Origin: an uncultured Candidatus Saccharibacteria bacterium
Lineage (GTDB): Bacteria; Patescibacteriota; Minisyncoccia; Phycocordibacterales; UBA5272
Direction: 5' to 3'
DNA length: 58,298 nt
Assembly (NCBI GenBank): GCA_964576685.1
Contig: CAZNVC010000004.1
Coordinates: forward strand, 1-58,298
Of the stretch, positions 37,243-46,152 are shown piece after piece; position 1 is the first letter of the stretch; every line of letters begins with the position of its first letter. The position numbers and the translations under genes are program-made. The notes under the pieces are model-generated. The model was not told where the DNA came from. It saw only the letters and a list, made by a program, of their open reading frames with translations, and searched no databases.

Positions 37243-37361
37243 ATATAAGTACAATTTTTTGATTTCAAGTATTATCCACTTCAAAAAGTCTTAATTATCA
37301 TGCTACAATGATGAAAACGTACAACAAGCGAATGTTTTTTGCTTGAGTTGTACAGTAAGCT

Positions 37362-38462
37362 ATGTCACCTAAACAACTTCTCATTCCCGTTATAAATTAT
37401 CTTATCATCGGGGTAGTAATCATCACGAGTGTGGTTCAGGTAAAAATTGCCTACGCAGCTGCCCTTACTACACTCTCCGATACCCAGTCAACGCTTACTG
37501 CCGGAGCCCTCTCGGACCACACTATTCAGTTCGTCACCCCAACTGGTATCGCTGCAGGACAAGGAATAGCAATTACATTCCCTGCATATCCAACAGGATA
37601 CGCTACAGGAACGTTCGCTATTGCTAACTTCGACTTCGCTACCAGTACCTCAGCTACTTGTTCTGGTTTCACAGACGCTCTACTTGCTGCTGGTGCAGCT
37701 TCCGGACTCACATGGGGCGTCACACAAGGTGCATCTTCCACAATTTACATCACTTCTGGTACTGCAGTAGTTCCTGCTAACCGTTGTGTGCAGATTAGAA
37801 TCGGTTCTAACGCTATTTCTCAAGCTTCAGGAACTGCACAGATAACTAACCCAACCTCAGCTACTACTACCGCGATTAATATTACAAGTTCGTTCGGAGA
37901 TAATGGTTCTATTATGCAGAATATTATTACTAGTGACACTGTTTCTGTGAGTGCGACTGTCCAACAGTCAATTTCTTTCGTTATTTCAACTACCACCATC
38001 TATTTCGGTGCCCTCTCTTCAACAGGTCCTAAATTTGCTTCTTCTACCAACTCTTTAGGTGATGCTGCAGAAACCATTGCTCACACCTTACAAGTCACCA
38101 CCAACGCTCCTTCTGGCTACACTATCTCTATACGTGGTCAGACTCTCACTTCACAACAGAACTCCGCTAACACTATTACTGCAATCGGTGCTTCGGTTGC
38201 CTCTTCTTCACTTGGTACAGAACAGTTCGGTATACGTGCTACTTCTACCGGTGGGACAGGGGCGACAATAGATACAACATTTGGGGCCCTTACTTCGTAT
38301 GGGTATGATGCCACAGCGACCACGTCAGCTACGTTTGCTACCGGAAGTGGTGCAACGAACCAAACCACTTTTGGTCTTCGTTATGTTGCAAACATCGCAG
38401 GAACAACAGAGGCAGGTACATATGTTGCGAGTATTGTCTACGTTGCTACAGCGAATTATTAG
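37362..38462 (+). CDS. Exported two-domain surface protein, paralog 2
   Basis: Signal peptide ending AYA. Mature N-terminus AALTTLSDTQSTL. C-terminal domain from 37965 with IYFGAL, SGYTIS and the end YVATANY. Confidence 0.75.
   Translation: MSPKQLLIPVINYLIIGVVIITSVVQVKIAYAAALTTLSDTQSTLTAGALSDHTIQFVTPTGIAAGQGIAITFPAYPTGYATGTFAIANFDFATSTSATCSGFTDALLAAGAASGLTWGVTQGASSTIYITSGTAVVPANRCVQIRIGSNAISQASGTAQITNPTSATTTAINITSSFGDNGSIMQNIITSDTVSVSATVQQSISFVISTTTIYFGALSSTGPKFASSTNSLGDAAETIAHTLQVTTNAPSGYTISIRGQTLTSQQNSANTITAIGASVASSSLGTEQFGIRATSTGGTGATIDTTFGALTSYGYDATATTSATFATGSGATNQTTFGLRYVANIAGTTEAGTYVASIVYVATANY
37501..37861 (+). repeat. 361-bp block 100% identical to 38711-39071
   Basis: Base-for-base identity by eye across the printed lines. 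The flanks diverge on both sides. Confidence 0.95.
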
Positions 38463-38571
38463 CGGAATTCCTTACAATTACACCTTATCCACACTATTTT
38501 GATTATAAAAGTGGTAAACTTACCATCGTAAGATGTAGAAATCTTCAGTTTATTAGTAAAATATACATTTT

Positions 38572-39672
38572 ATGTTTAAAAAGAACCTCTTAACTTCTAT
38601 CACTAGCATTTTTGTTGCTGGTGTTATTTTTTTCGCCTCATTTGCTCAGATTGAACTAGCGTTTGCTGCCGCTCTCACCACGCTCTCTGACACCCAATCA
38701 ACTCTAGCAGCCGGAGCCCTCTCGGACCACACTATTCAGTTCGTCACCCCAACTGGTATCGCTGCAGGACAAGGAATAGCAATTACATTCCCTGCATATC
38801 CAACAGGATACGCTACAGGAACGTTCGCTATTGCTAACTTCGACTTCGCTACCAGTACCTCAGCTACTTGTTCTGGTTTCACAGACGCTCTACTTGCTGC
38901 TGGTGCAGCTTCCGGACTCACATGGGGCGTCACACAAGGTGCATCTTCCACAATTTACATCACTTCTGGTACTGCAGTAGTTCCTGCTAACCGTTGTGTG
39001 CAGATTAGAATCGGTTCTAACGCTATTTCTCAAGCTTCAGGAACTGCACAGATAACTAACCCAACCTCAGCAACAAGTACCTCAATCACCATTACCAGTT
39101 CGTTTGGAGATAGTGGTTCGATTACAGAGAACATTATTACCAATGATACTGTGGCGATGACAGGACAAGTTAATCAATCAATATCTTTCTCGATTTCTAC
39201 AACAACCATCTATTTCGGAACCCTCAGTTCTACTGGTGCTAAATACGCATCATCAACAAACATTTCTGGCGACAGTACAGAGACCGTTGCTCACACTGTT
39301 ACCGTGAACACAAACGCACCTTCCGGTTTCACTGTTTCTGTCCGTGGCGCAACCCTTACCTCACAGCAGAACTCCGCTAACACCATTACTCAAATCGGTG
39401 CGACCGCTGCTTCTTCCACTACTGGTACAGAACAGTTCGGTATTCGAGCAACAGAAACAGGAGGAACTGGTACATCGATTTCAGATCCATTTAAATGGAC
39501 TACATCATACGGATACCAAGCAACTGCAACAACATCAGCAGTACTTGAGACAGGAAGTGGGTCGACATCCAACTCAACAACTTCTATTCGTTACCTTGCT
39601 AACATTGCATCAATTACTGAAGCGGGTACCTATGCTGCAAGTCTCACATACGTTGCAACTGCTAACTTCTAA
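38572..39672 (+). CDS. Exported two-domain surface protein, paralog 3
   Basis: Signal peptide ending AFA. Mature N-terminus AALTTLSDTQSTL. C-terminal domain from 39175 with IYFGTL, SGFTVS and the end YVATANF. Confidence 0.75.
   Translation: MFKKNLLTSITSIFVAGVIFFASFAQIELAFAAALTTLSDTQSTLAAGALSDHTIQFVTPTGIAAGQGIAITFPAYPTGYATGTFAIANFDFATSTSATCSGFTDALLAAGAASGLTWGVTQGASSTIYITSGTAVVPANRCVQIRIGSNAISQASGTAQITNPTSATSTSITITSSFGDSGSITENIITNDTVAMTGQVNQSISFSISTTTIYFGTLSSTGAKYASSTNISGDSTETVAHTVTVNTNAPSGFTVSVRGATLTSQQNSANTITQIGATAASSTTGTEQFGIRATETGGTGTSISDPFKWTTSYGYQATATTSAVLETGSGSTSNSTTSIRYLANIASITEAGTYAASLTYVATANF
38711..39071 (+). repeat. 361-bp block 100% identical to 37501-37861
   Basis: See the partner feature. 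Confidence 0.95.
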
Positions 39673-39712
39673 GTAAACTATCTAGAATTATTCGAATAAT
39701 TAAAAAGCAACC

Positions 39713-40696
39713 ATGACACCACAACATATTCTTAAAAAGACCCTTAGGACAATTACTCTAGCTGGACTTGCATTTACTGTACTTAGCGCTCAGGCTATTA
39801 CCGTATCACCTGCACGTGATGAAGTCACCGCAGACCCAGGGGAGACCATCACTAGTTCTTTCACGGTAATTAACGAACAAGGTACTGATCAGACGTTTTA
39901 TACCTCTGTAGAAAACTTTGAATCCCAAGGAGAAAGTGGAACACCTAACTTTACTGATTCAAAGGAGGGTCTCCCTTCATGGGTTAAGGTTGAAGAGAAG
40001 ATAGTCCTTAAAAAAGGTGAGCGAGTAAAGATTCCTTATACCGTTGTAGTTCCAAAGGATGCTGATGCTGGAGGCCACTTCGCCGCTATCTTTCTTTCAA
40101 CTGTACCTCCTTCAACTGGTGATGGTCAGGTTTCTGTTGGAGCAAAGACAGGAATGCTCATCCTCCTTAAAGTAACAGGAGATGTAAAGGAAAACGGTGG
40201 ATTACTTACCTTTGCGCTTAAAGAAGGAAAGAAAGTACTCACCACTACTCCTATTAATTTTGTGTATCGATTCCAGAACAGTGGTAACGACAGAGTTAAG
40301 CCAGAAGGGAAGATTATTATTAAGAATACTTTCGGTATGCAAGTAGGGGAGCCTATTGATGCTAATAATTCAACAGGGAACGTGCTTCCAGGCAGTGTGC
40401 GACGTTTTGAAGTTCGTTATGGAGAGAACGAGGCTCCTGCAGTATCAGCGCCATTCTTTGATCATGTAAAGTACGAGATGGATAACTTTGCACTGGGTAT
40501 GTATACCGCAACACTTGACCTTTCTTTTGGTAACACAGGAAAGGCAACATCCTCTCTCACCTACTTCATGTTCCCATGGCAATTACTTGCTGTTATCCTT
40601 GGTGGACTCATTGTTGTTGTTCTCTTGCTTATTACACTTGTTAAGCACTACAATAAATGGATTATCAAGCAAGCACGAGCAGCAGCAAAGAAATAA
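39713..40696 (+). CDS. DUF916/DUF3324-like (CscA-like) surface protein with C-terminal TM anchor
   Basis: Signal peptide ending AQA. Segments TVSP...PGETITSSFTVINEQ and VVVPKDADAGGHFAAIF match the pattern of WxL-locus DUF916 proteins. C-terminal TM followed by a basic tail (KQARAAAKK). Confidence 0.6.
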   Translation: MTPQHILKKTLRTITLAGLAFTVLSAQAITVSPARDEVTADPGETITSSFTVINEQGTDQTFYTSVENFESQGESGTPNFTDSKEGLPSWVKVEEKIVLKKGERVKIPYTVVVPKDADAGGHFAAIFLSTVPPSTGDGQVSVGAKTGMLILLKVTGDVKENGGLLTFALKEGKKVLTTTPINFVYRFQNSGNDRVKPEGKIIIKNTFGMQVGEPIDANNSTGNVLPGSVRRFEVRYGENEAPAVSAPFFDHVKYEMDNFALGMYTATLDLSFGNTGKATSSLTYFMFPWQLLAVILGGLIVVVLLLITLVKHYNKWIIKQARAAAKK

Positions 40697-41625
40697 CTAT
40701 TGCGAAGTATATCAAGAAGGTTATCTTGGTACTGGTTACCAGCCTTTCTTCCTCGTTGTGTGTGTATGCACAAATAGCTACAAACCCTCTTACTGTTAAT
40801 GTATCTGTTACTGCGGCGGTGCTTGTGAGTCCTGGGGTTCATCCTGACACACTTCCTACACCAGTTCCTGGGCCAATCAATATGGTAGATACGGTTGATG
40901 CGGTTGTTTTCAAAGGGGCAGCATACCCAGGAAGTACCATTTCTGTACTCAAGAACGGGATTGTTATCGCAGAATTACCTGCACGCACAGATGGCACCTT
41001 TGAGATTCATGTTAGAAATATTGCTGCTGGGACCTATAGTTTCGGAGTTCGTGCAGAAGATAAGGATCACGTAACTTCAAAGTTACTTCTCTTCACCGTC
41101 TTTATTTCTTCTGGAATCGCAACTATTGTTGACGGTATTCTTGTTCCACCAACTATCACTTCTGATAAAATAGAAGTAAAAAAAAGAGAACCTATTTCTT
41201 TTTTTGGTAGTGCTGCGCCAGGGACTGAGATACTCCTCTCTTTTCTTTCAGGAGTAGAGTTACTTAAAAAAACCTCCGCGAATGCGAGTGGCACTTGGTC
41301 GTACAATCTTGACACGACATCATTATCCTACGGGGATTATGATGCAAAGGCGCGAGTCGTCACCGCAAGTAGTCTTTCTCTTTATTCTGACCCACTTCCA
41401 TTTCGTATTGGGGATGTTACTCGTATGCGCAGTAAAGCGTCCTCACTTAACGGCTTTAGGAAACGCTGTGATTTAAATGATGATGGTCGTGTGAATTTGC
41501 TTGATTTCAGTATTATGGCTTATTGGTATAAACGTTTAGGGTTTCCTCAGAAGGTCGACCTTAATACCGACAATAGAGTTAACCTTACAGACTTAAGTAT
41601 CCTCGCGTATTGTTGGACAGGATAA
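40657..41625 (+). CDS. Exported Ig-like repeat protein with C-terminal type I dockerin
   Basis: Two Ca-binding repeats, DLNDDGRVNLLDFS and DLNTDNRVNLTDLS (41467-41622). Signal peptide ending VYAQ. The start is uncertain and overlaps the upstream gene. Confidence 0.75.
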   Translation: MDYQASTSSSKEITIAKYIKKVILVLVTSLSSSLCVYAQIATNPLTVNVSVTAAVLVSPGVHPDTLPTPVPGPINMVDTVDAVVFKGAAYPGSTISVLKNGIVIAELPARTDGTFEIHVRNIAAGTYSFGVRAEDKDHVTSKLLLFTVFISSGIATIVDGILVPPTITSDKIEVKKREPISFFGSAAPGTEILLSFLSGVELLKKTSANASGTWSYNLDTTSLSYGDYDAKARVVTASSLSLYSDPLPFRIGDVTRMRSKASSLNGFRKRCDLNDDGRVNLLDFSIMAYWYKRLGFPQKVDLNTDNRVNLTDLSILAYCWTG

Positions 41626-41634
41626 CTACTCACC

Positions 41635-42597
41635 ATGAACTCACTAAACTCTTTTTTTAAAAAAATCATAGTTAGCTTCTTGTGGTGTTATGCGACACTA
41701 TCTTTCGCGTATGCGGCACAAATTACTCTTCAGGCACCAAATAAGGCACTTGCAAACAGACAACCCATTGTTGTGCTTGTGTATCTTGACCCTGAACAAG
41801 ATACCTTGAGTGGTCTCGGTGGAGATTTTTCATTTCAATCAGATATGTTCACCGTTAGTGATATAAGTACCGAGAACAGTGTCGTGTCACTTTGGGTGAA
41901 ACAACCAGGGCAATCTGAAGAAAAATATCTCGATAATCGTACTCATGTCACTTTTGAAGGGATTTTCCCAGGCGGGTATGATGGTGTCCGTAGTCCATAT
42001 TATCAAGGAAAGAGACCAGGAATTTTATTTTCAGTGACGCTTATTCCAAAAAACAAAGGAGCGGGGACACTTCTTATTGATGATATTACGCTTAATCGAT
42101 TTAATAGCAGTGCGACACCTATTCCGACTACAAATGTTATACATTCAATCGTTGTTCCCGAACTTCTTCCTGTTGCATCACCACAGACAGGTGCGATGAT
42201 AAGAGTTAAAAGCCCTACACTCACAGCATTTGTTACCCGTACACCACTGGTGGATAATAATGCATGGTATCTTGTGGTCAACGAACGAGAAGGGAAAAGT
42301 GCGATACAAGAAATACTTGTTGCAGAAACAGATGATTATAATGGGGAATTGGTGGATGAAAATAAATGGCATACGGCAAAAAATCCTTACATACTCTTTT
42401 ATCAAGATCGATCAAAGTTCATTCATGTAAAGATTATCTACAGTAATTCTACGTATACCACGTTTACTCTTCTTCCTGTTGAAAACTCTACAAGTATTTT
42501 AACTATCTCACGTATACTAGTAGGTATAGTCATAGTACTCTCTTTGATGTACTTTTATGTTAAATCCTTTTTCATTTCTCTTAAGAAACAGCAGTAG
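41635..42597 (+). CDS. Cohesin-like domain protein with C-terminal TM anchor
   Basis: Signal peptide ending AYA. Cohesin-like beta-sandwich pattern (IVVLVYLDPEQDTLSGLGGDFSFQSDMFTV...). C-terminal TM ILVGIVIVLSLMYFYV. Confidence 0.6.
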   Translation: MNSLNSFFKKIIVSFLWCYATLSFAYAAQITLQAPNKALANRQPIVVLVYLDPEQDTLSGLGGDFSFQSDMFTVSDISTENSVVSLWVKQPGQSEEKYLDNRTHVTFEGIFPGGYDGVRSPYYQGKRPGILFSVTLIPKNKGAGTLLIDDITLNRFNSSATPIPTTNVIHSIVVPELLPVASPQTGAMIRVKSPTLTAFVTRTPLVDNNAWYLVVNEREGKSAIQEILVAETDDYNGELVDENKWHTAKNPYILFYQDRSKFIHVKIIYSNSTYTTFTLLPVENSTSILTISRILVGIVIVLSLMYFYVKSFFISLKKQQ

Positions 42598-44278
42598 GCT
42601 TTCTCTTCATTTACTTTTAGGAGTATTTTTCATTCTTGGAAATGCGATAAACGTGTATGCAGCTAATCTCGTCATCTCTCCATCATCTGTCAGCACAAAA
42701 GTTGGGAAAACTTTTTCGGTTGATGTGGTTGTAAATAATAATATTGGGGCAATTAACGCTGTTTCGTCATTGATTTCATTCCCAAAGGATGCACTCCAGG
42801 TAGTTTCACTTTCCAAGAAGGACTCTTTTATTAATCTTTGGGCTGAAGAACCTGCATTTTCTAACGAGAAGGGGACAGTGACGCTTGAAGGGGTAGCGCT
42901 TAATCCAGGTTTTGATAAAGCAACAGGGAAGGTACTCACTATTACGTTTAAAGCGGTGCAAGCAGGAAATGTAAGTGTTTCAGTAACATCAGGACAAGTG
43001 CTCGCTAATGATGGAAACGCAACCGATGTCCTTAAAACAACTGGATCAGCATTTATTTATGTTAATGAAAATGATGCAAAAGCTCCTGAGGTTGCGGTCA
43101 CCACTGTTGTTCCTGTTATTACCTCACCGACACACCCAGACAGTAATCTTTGGTATGGAAGACGTGACGCATCATTTGAATGGAAAGTCCCAGAGGATGT
43201 GACTGCTGTGAGAACTATATATAGTGATAAGGAAACAGATAAGCCAACAAAGGTATATGACCCGCCTGTTGCTAATAGGTCGTTTACTGCTGACGGGGAT
43301 GGTGTGTTCTTTATGTTTGCGCAGTTTAAAAATGCGAGCGGATGGGGAGCGATAGCAAAATATAAATTCCAGATAGACACCGAAGCACCTTCTTCGCTTA
43401 AGGCATCATTCCCAGATAGTAATGTGACCACCAACCAAACTCCTTCTGTACTAGTCCTTGCCGAAGATGCGCTCTCTGGGATAGGAAAGATAACAATGAG
43501 TGTCGACAGTGGTCAACCAATTGAATTTCCTGTCGACCCGTCTAATCTCTATCGTCTTCCAAAACAAACCGCAGGGAATCATACCGTTGTAGTGAGTGCG
43601 GTTGATAACGCAGGAAACGCAAGCACTGTATCACTTGATTATACAATACAGACAATTACCCCTCCGGTGATCACCGAATACACTAAGAAGGTTGATTTTG
43701 ACAATAAATTCAAAATTCTCGGAGCAACATACCCACAGTCAACCGTACAAGTAACACTTACCGATGCAGACGGTAATGTGTTTACATCAGAAACAAAATC
43801 AAATGATTCAGGTGTATTCTCTCTTCTTTGGGACAAGAGCCTTGACTCCGGTGTCTATGAGATGCGAGCGCGTGTCCTTGATGGAAGGGGGTCTGTGAGT
43901 GATTATACAGAGACAAGAGTGGTGGTTGTCGAGAGAATGGTACTAGTGCGTTTTGGTATTTTTGTGATGAACTGGCTCTCAGTTATTCTTATCGTGATAG
44001 TGGCAGCTATCGCAATCTCTGCGACCCTCTGGTACTCCTTCCTTCAATTTTCACGCTTTAGAAGAAAAGTTAAGCGTAAGTTGTCAGAGGTAGAAAATAC
44101 GCTTCGTGTCAATGTGCAAGAACTCCGTAGAGACACCGAAGAATTCCATGATATTTTGGTAAAAGCAGAGCGAAAGCGAGAACTTACCAAGGAAGAGCAA
44201 ATGATACTTAAGAAATTCAAGAAACGACTTGAGATTACAGAAAAAGAAATAGAAGCAAAACTTGAAAAAGCAGTTTAA
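42557..44278 (+). CDS. Cohesin domain protein with Ig-like modules, TM anchor and cytoplasmic coiled-coil tail
   Basis: Cohesin pattern LVISPSSVSTKVGKTFSVDVVVNN..INAVSSLISFPKDALQVVS...GKVLTITFKAVQAGN. TM WLSVILIVIVAAIAISATLWY followed by a Lys/Glu-rich tail. Confidence 0.7.
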   Translation: MLNPFSFLLRNSSRLSLHLLLGVFFILGNAINVYAANLVISPSSVSTKVGKTFSVDVVVNNNIGAINAVSSLISFPKDALQVVSLSKKDSFINLWAEEPAFSNEKGTVTLEGVALNPGFDKATGKVLTITFKAVQAGNVSVSVTSGQVLANDGNATDVLKTTGSAFIYVNENDAKAPEVAVTTVVPVITSPTHPDSNLWYGRRDASFEWKVPEDVTAVRTIYSDKETDKPTKVYDPPVANRSFTADGDGVFFMFAQFKNASGWGAIAKYKFQIDTEAPSSLKASFPDSNVTTNQTPSVLVLAEDALSGIGKITMSVDSGQPIEFPVDPSNLYRLPKQTAGNHTVVVSAVDNAGNASTVSLDYTIQTITPPVITEYTKKVDFDNKFKILGATYPQSTVQVTLTDADGNVFTSETKSNDSGVFSLLWDKSLDSGVYEMRARVLDGRGSVSDYTETRVVVVERMVLVRFGIFVMNWLSVILIVIVAAIAISATLWYSFLQFSRFRRKVKRKLSEVENTLRVNVQELRRDTEEFHDILVKAERKRELTKEEQMILKKFKKRLEITEKEIEAKLEKAV

Positions 44279-44316
44279 CAAGCTGTATGCCCATGTAGGA
44301 GTTGTGCCGCCATACA

Positions 44317-44362
44317 AAAACAGGACCAAAGTAAGACAATAGTCTAAAAGGTCCTGTTTTTT
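44317..44362 (+). terminator. Rho-independent terminator closing the surface locus
   Basis: Stem aaaacaggacc/ggtcctgtttt followed by a T-tract. Confidence 0.65.
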
Positions 44363-44394
44363 AATGTTTTTCACTATACGTTACTCCGTATCCC

Positions 44395-44403
44395 TGCTAT
44401 ACT
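44395..44403 (+). promoter_or_regulatory. Extended -10 box TGCTATACT, 8 nt upstream of the ATG at 44412
   Basis: Third occurrence of the identical 9-mer. Confidence 0.55.
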
Positions 44404-44411
44404 TTTCTCAT

Positions 44412-46079
44412 ATGAATATACCTAAGTATATAGAAATTGCAGAGGATTTAGAAAAATTAATTAAAGGGGATGGTTCTCTTTTGGATGCTGACAGAGAAAG
44501 AGCTGCTCGAGATATGAGCCTCTTTTACGTAAAGCCAGAAATGGTGATTTATCCTAAAAGTGCTCTTGATATTAGTGCGGTGCTTGAGTATGCAACTGCA
44601 AAGAAAAAAGAAGGACTTGATATTGCTGTTGCTATGCGTTCGGCAGGCACGTGTATGGCAGGAGGATCGCTTTGCCAATCTATTATTCTTGATACTACAC
44701 GGTATATGAATCATATTACTGAGGTGACAGCACACGGAGCAACTGCAGAGTCTGGTGTGTATTATCGTGATTTTGAGAAAAGAACATTGGCGGAAGGATG
44801 GTTGATGCCGAGCTATCCAGCTTCTCGTGAAATTGCTGCTATCGGAGGAATTGTGTCTAATAATTCAGGTGGTGAGAAGACACTTACGTATGGCAAGACC
44901 GAAAAGTATGTTCAATCACTTGAAGTTGTATACGCTAATGGACAGCGTGATCTCCTTCATGCATTTGAAGGGAATGATCTCACTGTAAAACTTAACGAAG
45001 ACTCAGAGGGAGGAAGAATTCATAGGGAAATGTTTGCACTCATTAATGATAACTACGACACGATTATGAAGGCAAAGCCTACCGTGTCAAAAAATTCATC
45101 AGGCTACTATCTCTGGAATGTATACAATAAAGAAACAGGAGTTTTTGATCTTTCTAAGCTTGTCGTTGGAAGTCAGGGGACACTTGCATGTGTTTCCGCT
45201 GCGACTCTTACCGGAGTAACTCCTAAGAATCATTCCCAAATGATTGTTATGTTCGTCCCATCAACAGTGCACTTAGGTGAAATAGTGGTAAAGATGCTTG
45301 CTCATAAGCCAGAAGCACTTGAATCCTACGATGATCATACCTTTAAGATCGCAATGAAGTTTTTCAAGGATATTGCTATTCGTATGGGAGGGAATATGTT
45401 TACTCTCGGACTTCAGTTTTTGCCAGAGTTCTGGATGGTCCTTCGAGGAGGTGTGCCTAAGATTATTTTGATGGCAGAGTTCTCTGGAAATACGAAAGAA
45501 GAAGTCGATGCACAAGTTACTAAGGCGTATGAAGATATGAAGTCATTTAATCTTCCTATCAAGCGTACTCATGGGGAGTGGGAGGCAAAGAAGTATTGGA
45601 CATTTAGACGAGAGAGTTTTAGTCTCCTCCGTTCACGTATGCAGGGCTATAGAACTGCACCAACAATTGACGATATTGTAGTCCATCCACAAGATCTACC
45701 TGAATTTTTGCCGAAACTCGATGCAATTTTCAAAAAAGATGTCTACAAGGATCTTATTTATACAGTAGCGGGGCATATGGGAGATGCTAACTTTCACATT
45801 ATTCCGCTTGTAGATATTCATAAACTCGGTATCAAGGATGTCCTTCATCAGCTCATGGATGAAGTATTTGATCTTGTGTTTCAGTACAAAGGTTCAATGT
45901 CCGGGGAGCATAACGATGGGCTTCTTCGTACTATGTATCTTCCTAAAATGTTTTCCCCAGAAATTATTACACTTTTTGAAAAGACAAAGGCAATCTTTGA
46001 CCCTAATGGAATTCTCAACCCAATGAAGAAGGTATTTCCAGACAAAGAATTTACCTGGAGTCATGTGGATGATAAGTAG
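44412..46079 (+). CDS. FAD-linked oxidase (GlcD/D-lactate dehydrogenase-like)
   Basis: FAD_binding_4-type N-terminus (RSAGTCMAGGS, GGIVSNNSGG) and FAD-oxidase C-terminus (GSMSGEHNDGL). Confidence 0.8.
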   Translation: MNIPKYIEIAEDLEKLIKGDGSLLDADRERAARDMSLFYVKPEMVIYPKSALDISAVLEYATAKKKEGLDIAVAMRSAGTCMAGGSLCQSIILDTTRYMNHITEVTAHGATAESGVYYRDFEKRTLAEGWLMPSYPASREIAAIGGIVSNNSGGEKTLTYGKTEKYVQSLEVVYANGQRDLLHAFEGNDLTVKLNEDSEGGRIHREMFALINDNYDTIMKAKPTVSKNSSGYYLWNVYNKETGVFDLSKLVVGSQGTLACVSAATLTGVTPKNHSQMIVMFVPSTVHLGEIVVKMLAHKPEALESYDDHTFKIAMKFFKDIAIRMGGNMFTLGLQFLPEFWMVLRGGVPKIILMAEFSGNTKEEVDAQVTKAYEDMKSFNLPIKRTHGEWEAKKYWTFRRESFSLLRSRMQGYRTAPTIDDIVVHPQDLPEFLPKLDAIFKKDVYKDLIYTVAGHMGDANFHIIPLVDIHKLGIKDVLHQLMDEVFDLVFQYKGSMSGEHNDGLLRTMYLPKMFSPEIITLFEKTKAIFDPNGILNPMKKVFPDKEFTWSHVDDK

Positions 46080-46111
46080 TTTGAGTTCGCGAGCTACCAT
46101 ATTCTAAGTGT

Positions 46112-46139
46112 GAAAACAAAAACCCCACCGAAGCAGGGC
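46112..46139 (-). terminator. Rho-independent terminator (minus strand, UUCG loop, G-U pairs)
   Basis: The minus strand reads GCCCUGC-UUCG-GUGGGGU followed by UUUUGUUUUC. Confidence 0.6.
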
Positions 46140-46152
46140 TTTCTGTGGTAGG

